Source: a candidate division WOR-3 bacterium (lineage in GTDB: Bacteria; Hydrothermota; 32-111). From it: a DNA stretch of 64,000 nt. The stretch is from assembly GCA_039804205.1 (NCBI GenBank), contig JBDRZY010000001.1, positions 354,595 through 418,594 on the forward strand, given 5' to 3'. Below are positions 44,560 to 53,500 of this stretch, piece by piece (position 1 is the stretch's first letter; the number at the start of each line of letters is the position of its first letter). The notes beneath the pieces were generated by a model. It saw nothing but the letters and a program-made list of their open reading frames with translations. It had not been told where the DNA came from and did no database searches. The position numbers and the translations under genes were made by a program.

Positions 44560-45565
44560 CATTTTATTTTTTACTCTTTTTCTCTTTTCACTTTTAAGGA
44601 GTGGAAATATAAAGATAACAGCTGTTGGTGACATAATGGTTGGAACAGTTTATCCATCACTTTCTCTTCCAGAAGGTGATGGATTCTATCTTTTTCAGGA
44701 AGCGGAATCCATAATAAAAAAAGGTGATATCAGGATAGGAAATCTTGAATCCGCGTTATCAGATTCTGGAAGTTTAAGAAAAAATGTTGTTGAGGGAAAA
44801 AGTTATGCTTTCAGAACACCGGAAAAGTATGCTAAAACATTAAAAAATGCTGGATTCAATGTTTTGAACATGGCGAACAACCATATAAGGGATTTTGGTG
44901 ATCTTTCGGTTTCAAGAACAAAAAAGGTTCTCTCAGAAAACTCGATCCAGTATACAGGTTTTTTGAACGATTTTGGAGTTTTTAATATAAACAGTAAAAA
45001 GGTATGTGTTGTTGGTTTTTCAAACTACTCTCTTATGAACGATCTCACAGATTTGAAGAAAAGTTATAATCTCATCGATTCACTTTCAAAATTTTATGAA
45101 ATTGTGATCGTTACTTTTCATGGTGGACAGGAAGGAAAAAACGCTTTACACATAAAGGATACAGTAGAATATATGTATGGTGAATATAGAGGTAACATCT
45201 ACAGGTTTGCGCATACGGTTATCGATGCTGGTGCTGATCTTGTGATAGGTCATGGCCCTCATGTTGTCAGAGCGATTGAACTTTACAAAGGAAAACTTAT
45301 CGCATACTCGCTCGGTAATTTTATGACATTTTCGGGAATAAACATTTCCGGAATAAATGGATTGGCCCCGATTTTATATGTTGAGATCGATACATGCGGA
45401 AATTTTGTATCAGGCAAAATATACCCTTTCAAACAGGAAAGGTTCAAAGGTGTTATATTCGATAAAAATCATGAGGTTGTAAAACTGATGAAAAGTTTAA
45501 CTGAAAACGATTTCAAAGATAATTTGATCAAGATCGATGATGAAGGAAACATAAGGTTGAAATGA
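44546..45565 (+). CDS. CapA-family (poly-gamma-glutamate capsule-type) metallophosphatase, secreted
   Basis: VGDIM, GNLE, ANNH..DFG, H.G.E, GHGPHV, YSLGNF. Confidence 0.9.
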   Translation: MKKFNILFFTLFLFSLLRSGNIKITAVGDIMVGTVYPSLSLPEGDGFYLFQEAESIIKKGDIRIGNLESALSDSGSLRKNVVEGKSYAFRTPEKYAKTLKNAGFNVLNMANNHIRDFGDLSVSRTKKVLSENSIQYTGFLNDFGVFNINSKKVCVVGFSNYSLMNDLTDLKKSYNLIDSLSKFYEIVIVTFHGGQEGKNALHIKDTVEYMYGEYRGNIYRFAHTVIDAGADLVIGHGPHVVRAIELYKGKLIAYSLGNFMTFSGINISGINGLAPILYVEIDTCGNFVSGKIYPFKQERFKGVIFDKNHEVVKLMKSLTENDFKDNLIKIDDEGNIRLK

Positions 45566-46662
45566 TAAAGGTTTTACTGTCAATATCTTTTCCACCATAT
45601 AGAGGTGGAATTTCCCATTATCTTTACAGTGTATTTAAAGAATATAAGTATAAAGATCAACTCGTTGTGATAACACAGACACCTGCTTTTACTGAACCTG
45701 AAGAGGATTTGACGATTTTTAAAGAAATCATAAGATCAAACAACCTTCCTTTGAAGGGTGGATTTAATCGAATTGATTTTTATTTGAAAATAATAAAATT
45801 CCTTTTCCGAAATAGAGGAAGGATAGATTATATATATACAGAATCTGTTATACCAACAACTATATTTTCATATCTTTACAAAATTTTTTTCCCGAAAACG
45901 AAAATTGTTTGTTTTGCTTATGGAACGGATGTAAACGTTTTTGATCCTTTTATTAAAAGAAGGTCAGGTTTTGTGAATTTTCTAAGAAAATTTTTGTTTA
46001 ACAGAGTTGACAGGATAATAACGATAAGTTCTTATACTGAAAGTATATTGAAAAGAATAACCAGAAAAGAAGTTTTTATAATCTCTCCAAGGTACACAGG
46101 GAAAAGAATCGAACAAAAAGAGTATAAACAGAAAGATACGATAACTTTAATTTCAGTTGCACAATTCACTCCAAGAAAAGGGATCCAGTATGTTTTGAAA
46201 TCTCTCGATATTTTAAAGGATAAAATGGATTTCAGGTACTATATTGTTGGAAATGGGAATTATAGAGAAAAACTTGAAAAATTTATAAAAGATTTTAAAC
46301 TTGAAAAAAAAGTTTTCATCAAAACCGGTTTAAAAAATAGTGAGGTGTATAAACTGTATGAAGAATCTGACATCTTCGTTTTACCTGTTTTTTACCATAA
46401 AGGAGATTTTGAAGGTTTTGGAATAGTTTACCTTGAAGCGGGTGCTTTTAGATTACCGATAATTGCAACTGGTTCTGGTGGATCAAAGGATATACTGATA
46501 GATGGTTTCAACTGTGTACTTGTAAAGGAAAAGGATTACAAAGATCTTGCAGAGGTAATAAAAAATCTGTCAAAAGATCATATCAAAAGAGAGATACTCG
46601 GTAACAATGGTTATAGGATGTCTTTTTACAAAAAAGGTGATACTTCTTTTCTGACATTTTAA
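45562..46662 (+). CDS. Glycosyltransferase family 4
   Basis: FPP..GGI, RKG, EGFGIVYLEA. Confidence 0.9.
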   Translation: MIKVLLSISFPPYRGGISHYLYSVFKEYKYKDQLVVITQTPAFTEPEEDLTIFKEIIRSNNLPLKGGFNRIDFYLKIIKFLFRNRGRIDYIYTESVIPTTIFSYLYKIFFPKTKIVCFAYGTDVNVFDPFIKRRSGFVNFLRKFLFNRVDRIITISSYTESILKRITRKEVFIISPRYTGKRIEQKEYKQKDTITLISVAQFTPRKGIQYVLKSLDILKDKMDFRYYIVGNGNYREKLEKFIKDFKLEKKVFIKTGLKNSEVYKLYEESDIFVLPVFYHKGDFEGFGIVYLEAGAFRLPIIATGSGGSKDILIDGFNCVLVKEKDYKDLAEVIKNLSKDHIKREILGNNGYRMSFYKKGDTSFLTF

Positions 46663-46666
46663 TCTA

Positions 46667-46695
46667 TTGACTTAACTCTAAATCTAACATACAAT
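46667..46695 (+). promoter_or_regulatory. Sigma70 promoter, probably leaderless
   Basis: TTGACT-17-TACAAT; ATG 7 nt downstream, no SD. Confidence 0.65.
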
Positions 46696-46702
46696 TTTTT
46701 CA

Positions 46703-48379
46703 ATGGCGAATGGGAATATAAAAAACCTTTTTAGATCGTTTCTTGTTTTTGTAACAGTATTTTTAGTGATACTATCATTTGTTTATTTACTCACGAATAT
46801 GTTTTTGATTCGTCTCGTATACGAGAACCATCTTTCGATAACAAAAGATCTTATAGAAACAGCAAAACATGGTGTATACAACTGTTTACAGAGAAACATA
46901 GAGGAACTTTCAATATACAGTAAAAATAAGGATATAATTAATCTGACTCCTCTTGGAAAATTTTTGATCGATTCAATACAAAGGGTTAACAGTGAAAGAT
47001 ATGCTGCTGTTACAAGAATAGATAAAACCGGAAAAATCTCATACACCTCACCATATCAAAAAGAGTTCATAAATCAGAATGTTCTCTATCAGGAACATAA
47101 CAAAAAAGTTTTTACAGAGAAAAGATTTGTTATCTCAAAACCCTTTCTTGCAGTTCAGGGCTTTAAAGCGATAGCACTTGCCCATCCAGTTTACAAAAAC
47201 AGAGTTTTTGATGGAGCGTTTTCATATCTACTCCCATTTAACCTTTTATACGATGAATACCTTTCCGATATAAAACCGACAAGAAATTCGTTTCTGATCG
47301 TTTTCAACGGGGATGGAAAGATAGTATACTCTCCCGATTTTTTCAAAGAGTTTGAAAATATATCAAATATCAACAAATTCTTTTTTATAGATGATACTTC
47401 CCTGATCGATTCAAACCAGAACTTTATTTCGTTGAGGTTATCATCATTGAACTCTTTTGGAATCTTTAAAAGAAACGAGAAATTTATTCTTGTAAAATCT
47501 CATATCGATGTTTATGGCTCAAGATGGTACATATACTGTTATTCTCCCGAATATGAGGTAAAAGAGATTTTCAATTCAATCTTCAGATGGCAGACATTTT
47601 TTATAATACTCGTATTTATTTTGATTGTAATTGTAGCGATTTTCTTTATAAAATATTTACAGGAAAGAGTGAGTGAGGATATAGAGATTTTCAAAGAGAT
47701 TTTTGAAGAAAAAAATCTTACAGAATCTGAAAAAGAATTTTATGAAAAGATACTTTTAGGGATTTTGAAAACAAAGGATATCTATCTGTTTACAATAAAA
47801 GAGAACGGTGAAATTTTTTTCTCAAACAACAGGATAACATTCAAAAAGAATTTTTTTGATCTTATTTTAGAAGAAAAACAGTATTTTGTTAAAGATTCTT
47901 TAAAGTTTGTTATCGAGAATGAAGTTTCAAAAATGGTTTTCATTCCTGTAAAAATTGGGAAAAACATTGTAAACATTCTTTTCAACATAACATCTTTTAA
48001 ACATAAGGATAACATTTTTATACTTCTTTTTGGTTTTGAATACAACACTGTTAAAGAATGGAAAGTTTCAGAGGATATTTTTGCGGAAATTTTTTCATTG
48101 TGGTATGAAGATGAAAAACCTTTATGTGTAATAGATAAAAATGGGGATATCGTTGTAAAAAATAAAATTTTTGAAGAAGTGTTTAACCAGAAAAGTATTT
48201 ATGAAATTTTTGAGAGTGAAAAAGAGGGAAAGGTAAGGAATATACTCAACAAGGTAAATTTTGGTCTTGAAAATATAACACTTGAAACCCAGATAAAAGG
48301 TAAAGATTACAGAATTATCTTTGCACCTTTTTACAACCAGCTATTGAAAGTGGATTATATTTATGTAAAATTTGAATGA
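46703..48379 (+). CDS. Membrane sensor: TM-dCache-TM plus two PAS-like domains, no recognisable output domain
   Basis: ISKPF.AVQG...IA.A.PV Cache motif; two 'ID.NG.I..N' PAS-like starts; no H-box, GGDEF or MCP signature. Confidence 0.7.
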   Translation: MANGNIKNLFRSFLVFVTVFLVILSFVYLLTNMFLIRLVYENHLSITKDLIETAKHGVYNCLQRNIEELSIYSKNKDIINLTPLGKFLIDSIQRVNSERYAAVTRIDKTGKISYTSPYQKEFINQNVLYQEHNKKVFTEKRFVISKPFLAVQGFKAIALAHPVYKNRVFDGAFSYLLPFNLLYDEYLSDIKPTRNSFLIVFNGDGKIVYSPDFFKEFENISNINKFFFIDDTSLIDSNQNFISLRLSSLNSFGIFKRNEKFILVKSHIDVYGSRWYIYCYSPEYEVKEIFNSIFRWQTFFIILVFILIVIVAIFFIKYLQERVSEDIEIFKEIFEEKNLTESEKEFYEKILLGILKTKDIYLFTIKENGEIFFSNNRITFKKNFFDLILEEKQYFVKDSLKFVIENEVSKMVFIPVKIGKNIVNILFNITSFKHKDNIFILLFGFEYNTVKEWKVSEDIFAEIFSLWYEDEKPLCVIDKNGDIVVKNKIFEEVFNQKSIYEIFESEKEGKVRNILNKVNFGLENITLETQIKGKDYRIIFAPFYNQLLKVDYIYVKFE

Positions 48380-48380
48380 T

Positions 48381-49376
48381 ATGAAAAAAATTCTTGTTGG
48401 GGTTTCAGGTGGTATCGATTCTCTTGCCTCAGTCCTGTATTTTAGAAATCTGAATTATAAAGTTTTTCCCTATTTTCTGATATTAACTGAAAACAATTTT
48501 ACAGATAAAGATAAAGTGGAAGAAATTTATCGAAATATTGGTTTTCAGTTGATCTCTGAAGATAAAAGGGAATTTTTTAGGGAATCGATAATAGATTATT
48601 TTATAAATACATACAAAATTGGAAAAACCCCAAACCCATGTGCATTCTGCAACAGGTTGGTGAAGTTCCCGCTTTTTTTATCAAAAGCAAAAGATCTTGG
48701 AGTTGAAAAATTCAGTACAGGTCATTATATAAGGGTTGAAAATGGTTTTCTTTATAAAGGTAGAGATAAAAGAAAGGATCAATCCTATTATGTTTCCACT
48801 GTAAAAAGGGAACACTTAAAATTTTTTGAAAATTCGATAACATCGTTTTTAACAAAAGAGGATGTAAAAAAGTTTGTGTCAGGTTATGATGTAAAATTCT
48901 TTGAAAAGGAGAGTCAGGATATCTGTTTTATAAAAGACGATTATGTATCTTTTCTGAAAGAGAATGGCTTTTTAGATGAATCTGGAGAGATGGTGGATGA
49001 AGAAGGAAAAGTTTTAAAAAAACATTCAGGATATTTTAAATTCACGATTGGACAGAATGTTAAGATCGGTGGAATGGATGAAAAACTCTTTGTGAAAAGA
49101 ATAATACCGCAGAAAAATCGAATAGTTGTTTGCAAAAGGGAAGATTTAAAAGTAAAAGAGTTTTTTGTTTTTCCAGTAGAAAAGTTTTCAGATGAGAAAA
49201 ATAATTTAAAGGTGAAAATAAGATATAGAAATGAAGAGGTCGATTGTTCGATAGAGATACAGGGAAATATTGTAAAAGTGAAAACAAAAGATTACATCTA
49301 TGGTGTTACACCAGGTCAGATAGCAGTGTTGTATGACGAAGATAAAGTTGTTCTTTCAGGTGTGATCGAAAAATAG
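48381..49376 (+). CDS. mnmA: tRNA 2-thiouridine(34) synthase
   Basis: SGGIDS, TPNPCAFCN, TGHY, KDQSY, ESQDICF, FTIGQ, TPGQ. Confidence 0.93.
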   Translation: MKKILVGVSGGIDSLASVLYFRNLNYKVFPYFLILTENNFTDKDKVEEIYRNIGFQLISEDKREFFRESIIDYFINTYKIGKTPNPCAFCNRLVKFPLFLSKAKDLGVEKFSTGHYIRVENGFLYKGRDKRKDQSYYVSTVKREHLKFFENSITSFLTKEDVKKFVSGYDVKFFEKESQDICFIKDDYVSFLKENGFLDESGEMVDEEGKVLKKHSGYFKFTIGQNVKIGGMDEKLFVKRIIPQKNRIVVCKREDLKVKEFFVFPVEKFSDEKNNLKVKIRYRNEEVDCSIEIQGNIVKVKTKDYIYGVTPGQIAVLYDEDKVVLSGVIEK

Positions 49377-49384
49377 GAGGTTCA

Positions 49385-51070
49385 ATGGAAAGAGAAAGGT
49401 GGAGCTCAAGAATCGCTTTTGTGCTTTCAACAATAGGTTCCGCTGTTGGTCTTGGAAACGTATGGAGGTTCCCTTTTGTAGCGTATCGAAATGGTGGTGG
49501 TGCATTTCTGATCCCATACTTTGTTGCACTATTCGTTGCAGGTATTCCTTTGTTGATGATGGAAACAGCTATAGGACAAAAGTTTCAGGGTTCAGCTGCA
49601 AAAACGTTTTCAATGATATCAAAAAAGTGGGAATGGCTTGGATGGTTTGCGATATTTGTTGGAACTGTTATCTGTTCATACTATGCTGTTGTTCTATCGT
49701 GGGCTTTGAACTATCTTTTCTTTTCTTTCAATCTTTCATGGAACATCTCGGGTAGTGTGAATTTTTTCTTCAACGATTTTTTAAAGGTATCATCAACACC
49801 TTTTGATTTTTCTTCGTTTAATCTGAACATATTCATAGGTTTGGTTGTTGTATGGTTGATTACAGGTTTTATAATAATAAAAGGGATTAAGACACTCGGG
49901 AAATTCAATACATTTTTGTTGCCATTATCTTTTTTGATTCTCTTCGTTTTACTTTTGAGAGGCATAACACTTAAAGGTTCTTTAAGTGGAGTGGAGAGAT
50001 TTTTTACTCCTGATTTTAAAAAACTTCTTTCTTTAAATGTCTGGATCGAAGCGTTCTCTCAAATATTCTATACACTCTCTCTTGGTTTTGGAATCCTGAT
50101 CGCTTATGCAAGTTATAGAGATGAAAAAACTGATATAGCAAACAATGCAAAGATAACTGGATTTACAAACTCTCTTGTTGAGTTTATTGCAGGTATAACA
50201 GTTTTTTCGACTGTTGGATTCCTTGCTTTTTCAAACAATGTTTCCATTGACTCTTTAAGGTTGGGAGGGCCAGGTCTTGCTTTTGTCACATATCCTGAGG
50301 CGATCGCAAAGATTCCAGCATTTCCAAACTTGTTTGGAATTTTATTTTTTTCAATGTTACTGTTCTTAGGTTTAACATCTCTTGTTTCACTTATAGAAGC
50401 TGTAGTTACAGGGCTGAAAGACAGATTCAACTTTTCACGAAAAAAATCGGTATTCATAATTGTTGGTGTTGATCTTTTATTTGGACTTTTATACTGTTTT
50501 GGAAGTGGAATCTTGTGGCTTGATATAGTTGATCACTGGATTTTGACTTATGGACTTTTAGTTGTTGGGCTTTTTGAAACGGTTATTGTGGCATGGTTTT
50601 TTGGTAGTGATAGGTTGAGAAGTTTTATAAATTCAGTTTCAGAAATAAATGTTGATAAAATTTTTGAGGTATCGATAAAATATATTGTTCCTCTGTTTTT
50701 GGTGGTACTACTTTCATATTCTATATTCAGTGAGTTTAGAAAACCCTATGAAGGGTATCCTTTAACAGCAAGGATTTTCGGTGGTTTTTTTGTTGTCTTT
50801 TTAACACTTTTGATTTCAATATTTGTCAGCAATGGAAAAAACTGGAAAGATGTTTCAAACTCTGGAAAAATCTATCTTATGTTCCTTTTCGTTATTTCGG
50901 TTATCTATGTGCTTTATGAAAAAAATAAAGGAATAAACTGGGGTGCTTTATTTTTCTTTTTGATAGGTTTTGCTATACTTGCAGGGAACATTTCTTATTC
51001 TATATATGTTGCTATAAAGAATGAGAGGAAAAAATCTTTGAAAGACGAAATCCCACCAACAACCTTTTGA
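49385..51070 (+). CDS. Sodium-dependent NSS/SNF-family amino-acid transporter with C-terminal TM extension
   Basis: GSAVGLGNVWRFP, GGGAFLIPY, QIFYTLS.GFG, GPGLAF..YP. Confidence 0.95.
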   Translation: MERERWSSRIAFVLSTIGSAVGLGNVWRFPFVAYRNGGGAFLIPYFVALFVAGIPLLMMETAIGQKFQGSAAKTFSMISKKWEWLGWFAIFVGTVICSYYAVVLSWALNYLFFSFNLSWNISGSVNFFFNDFLKVSSTPFDFSSFNLNIFIGLVVVWLITGFIIIKGIKTLGKFNTFLLPLSFLILFVLLLRGITLKGSLSGVERFFTPDFKKLLSLNVWIEAFSQIFYTLSLGFGILIAYASYRDEKTDIANNAKITGFTNSLVEFIAGITVFSTVGFLAFSNNVSIDSLRLGGPGLAFVTYPEAIAKIPAFPNLFGILFFSMLLFLGLTSLVSLIEAVVTGLKDRFNFSRKKSVFIIVGVDLLFGLLYCFGSGILWLDIVDHWILTYGLLVVGLFETVIVAWFFGSDRLRSFINSVSEINVDKIFEVSIKYIVPLFLVVLLSYSIFSEFRKPYEGYPLTARIFGGFFVVFLTLLISIFVSNGKNWKDVSNSGKIYLMFLFVISVIYVLYEKNKGINWGALFFFLIGFAILAGNISYSIYVAIKNERKKSLKDEIPPTTF

Positions 51071-51076
51071 TTTATA

Positions 51077-51157
51077 TGCCGGGGAGGGGACTTGAACCCC
51101 TACGGGAAGCCCACACGCCCCTCAAACGTGCGCGTCTGCCAGTTTCGCCACCCCGGC
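51077..51157 (-). tRNA. tRNA-Leu(GAG); CCA not encoded
   Basis: GCCGGGG/CCCCGGC acceptor stem, GAG anticodon, long variable arm. Confidence 0.96.
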
Positions 51158-51161
51158 AGAG

Positions 51162-51234
<73 letters not shown>

Positions 51235-51245
51235 TTAAAACAAAA

Positions 51246-51273
51246 ATAATACGAAAAAATTTTTAAATGTCAA
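51246..51273 (-). promoter_or_regulatory. Sigma70 promoter of tRNA-Phe/Leu
   Basis: Minus strand TTGACA-16-TATTAT. Confidence 0.7.
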
Positions 51274-51293
51274 TAGTTTGTTTAAGATAATTG

Positions 51294-51323
51294 TTGACAA
51301 TCCTGTATCTTTAGGTTTACAAT
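51294..51323 (+). promoter_or_regulatory. Sigma70 promoter, probably leaderless
   Basis: TTGACA-18-TACAAT; ATG 6 nt downstream, no SD. Confidence 0.62.
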
Positions 51324-51329
51324 AAAAAT

Positions 51330-53489
51330 ATGAGGATATTTTTTAAAATCATACCTTTTATTTACTTTTTAAACCTGTTCTCTTTGAACCTCTCGAAACT
51401 TGATCCAACATTGATCTCATATTTTTCAGAAGAACTGGGAAAAGAAATTTTTTTTAATCAGGTTAAAGAAAAATTTGATTTTGATTTTTCAAATTCTGAT
51501 TCAATTTTTTCATACTTTTATGAAATACAAAAGAATATAAAATCACAGATTCCAGTTATATTAAAAGGTGATGTTAACAGATTGAGAACATTCCTTTATG
51601 AAGGGGTTATAATTTCTGATTCTTTGATAACAGGTTATCTTGATTTCTCAAAATTAATCGAACTTTCAGATTCAAACTTTTTGAATTTTTGTGAAATTTC
51701 AAAACCGATGTTCCAATCATCCGATAGTGGTGCTTACTGGACAAGAATTTCACAGATGGTTGATATGGGGTATGATGGTGAAGGGGTAAACATCTGTTTT
51801 ATAGATGAGGGGTTTTTACCATCACTTGAAATTTTTAAAAAAGATAATATTTCAAAATTCAAAATTATATGGAATCAGAAAGGTTTTTCTCCATTTCCAC
51901 CTGAAAATTTTGGTTATGGCGAAGAGATTGATTCGTCGAATGTTTTTAACTGTTATATTGAAGATGTTAAAGGTCATGGAACTTCACTTCTCTCGATTCT
52001 CTCATCCGAATCCTATTTTTCAGAAGGGTTGATAAAAGAATCTAAAATAATCGCAGTTAATACATATCTCAACACAAAAAATGTTCTTGATGGTTTAAAA
52101 TACCTCGTTCACAGGGGTGAATATTTTCAGAAACCGTTCGTTGTATTTATGCCGTTAAACTATTTCTGGGGTTTTCATAATGGTCAGGATCTTTTTGAAG
52201 AGGGGATCAAAGAACTCTTTCCATTAACCGGAACAAAGAGGGGAATTTCCGTTCCTGCTGGAAACCTCGGTAATTTAAAAATACATTCAAAAGTTTATGA
52301 TGGTTACACTGTAAAAAGTGAGAATATTTTTTCAAACAGTTCTGTTCTTATCCTTACAGATACTTCGAAAAATCTTGATGTTGATATCTCAAACGACAAT
52401 GATCTTTCAATAAGATTTTTTGTTGTTTCAGATGGAAGTTTGTTTATTTCGGATTGGATCGATTTAAAAGATAATCCGGTTTTCTATTGTTATGGAAATG
52501 GTTTCTTTTTGGGATTCGGCTTTAACGATCATAAAAATTTTTCACATCTTGTATTTGAACATCAGAATAAAAGTTATCTTGGAATACAGATCTTCAAGAC
52601 AGTAAAAGAAAATCCAGTTGAATTTTTCATTTCAAGAGGTGGAACATTTGTAAAACCATCCTATGATAATTTTTTTGATGGTGATAGAAAAAAAACTTTA
52701 TGTGGTCCCGCTTTGATTGAGAATGTGATATCCTCTGGTTCATACCTTTCAAGAAGAAACACATATCTTTTTGTAAGTGAGGATACACTCTTTACGATCT
52801 CATCTTTCAACTCAAGAAGTGAAGACAATTTAAAACCGGATATATATTCACCGGGTAAATATATTTTGAGTTATAAATTCGGGAGTGATGGTATAGTGTA
52901 TAAGGACTCTTTTGGATTTTTCCTTGGGACAAGTTATTCATCGATTTTTACAGGTGTTGCACTGGTTCAACTCCTTCAGGCTGATTCGAATTTGAATGTG
53001 AATCAACTTTATGAACTCATAAAAAAGGGTGCTGACATTGTATCTGTTGACAGGGATTATGAACTTTTTACAGGATACGGTTTTTTAAATGTTTTTAGAA
53101 GTTTAAGAAGTCAGTCAGTCAGAACGGATCAGATAATTTTTTCAGTAGAAAAAAATCAAAACTTTGTAAAAATTATTTTAAATGATATTAACTATAGAAT
53201 TCTTGAATGCATCAATAAAACTCTCTCAAAAAAAATTGAGGTTCATAGCACTTTTACTATTGACAGAACACCTAAAATGGGTAAAAATATTTATAATTTA
53301 AAACTTTTAAATTACAGGGGAGAAACAAAAGAGATGGATATTGAAGTTGAAATATCCAGTAATAGTTTTATAAACAAAGATAAAATCTATGATTTAAGTG
53401 GTAGACAGGTTGTTGAAGGTGTTTTAAAAAGGGGAGTTTATTTTAAAAAACTTGAAGGGGAAAAAATCAAAAAGATAGTTAAATTTTAA
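51330..53489 (+). CDS. Divergent S8 subtilase (Csp-like inserted domain) with short C-terminal sorting-like domain
   Basis: IDEG, HGT, PAGN, KPDIYSPG, GTSYS, GYG; tail IYDLSGRQV...GVYF...KKIVKF. Confidence 0.78.
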   Translation: MRIFFKIIPFIYFLNLFSLNLSKLDPTLISYFSEELGKEIFFNQVKEKFDFDFSNSDSIFSYFYEIQKNIKSQIPVILKGDVNRLRTFLYEGVIISDSLITGYLDFSKLIELSDSNFLNFCEISKPMFQSSDSGAYWTRISQMVDMGYDGEGVNICFIDEGFLPSLEIFKKDNISKFKIIWNQKGFSPFPPENFGYGEEIDSSNVFNCYIEDVKGHGTSLLSILSSESYFSEGLIKESKIIAVNTYLNTKNVLDGLKYLVHRGEYFQKPFVVFMPLNYFWGFHNGQDLFEEGIKELFPLTGTKRGISVPAGNLGNLKIHSKVYDGYTVKSENIFSNSSVLILTDTSKNLDVDISNDNDLSIRFFVVSDGSLFISDWIDLKDNPVFYCYGNGFFLGFGFNDHKNFSHLVFEHQNKSYLGIQIFKTVKENPVEFFISRGGTFVKPSYDNFFDGDRKKTLCGPALIENVISSGSYLSRRNTYLFVSEDTLFTISSFNSRSEDNLKPDIYSPGKYILSYKFGSDGIVYKDSFGFFLGTSYSSIFTGVALVQLLQADSNLNVNQLYELIKKGADIVSVDRDYELFTGYGFLNVFRSLRSQSVRTDQIIFSVEKNQNFVKIILNDINYRILECINKTLSKKIEVHSTFTIDRTPKMGKNIYNLKLLNYRGETKEMDIEVEISSNSFINKDKIYDLSGRQVVEGVLKRGVYFKKLEGEKIKKIVKF

Positions 53490-53500
53490 CTGGAGGTTTT

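Noticed and set aside
44546-45565. Poly-gamma-glutamate capsule locus
   Set aside because: Only a CapA-domain gene is present; no capB/capC nearby.
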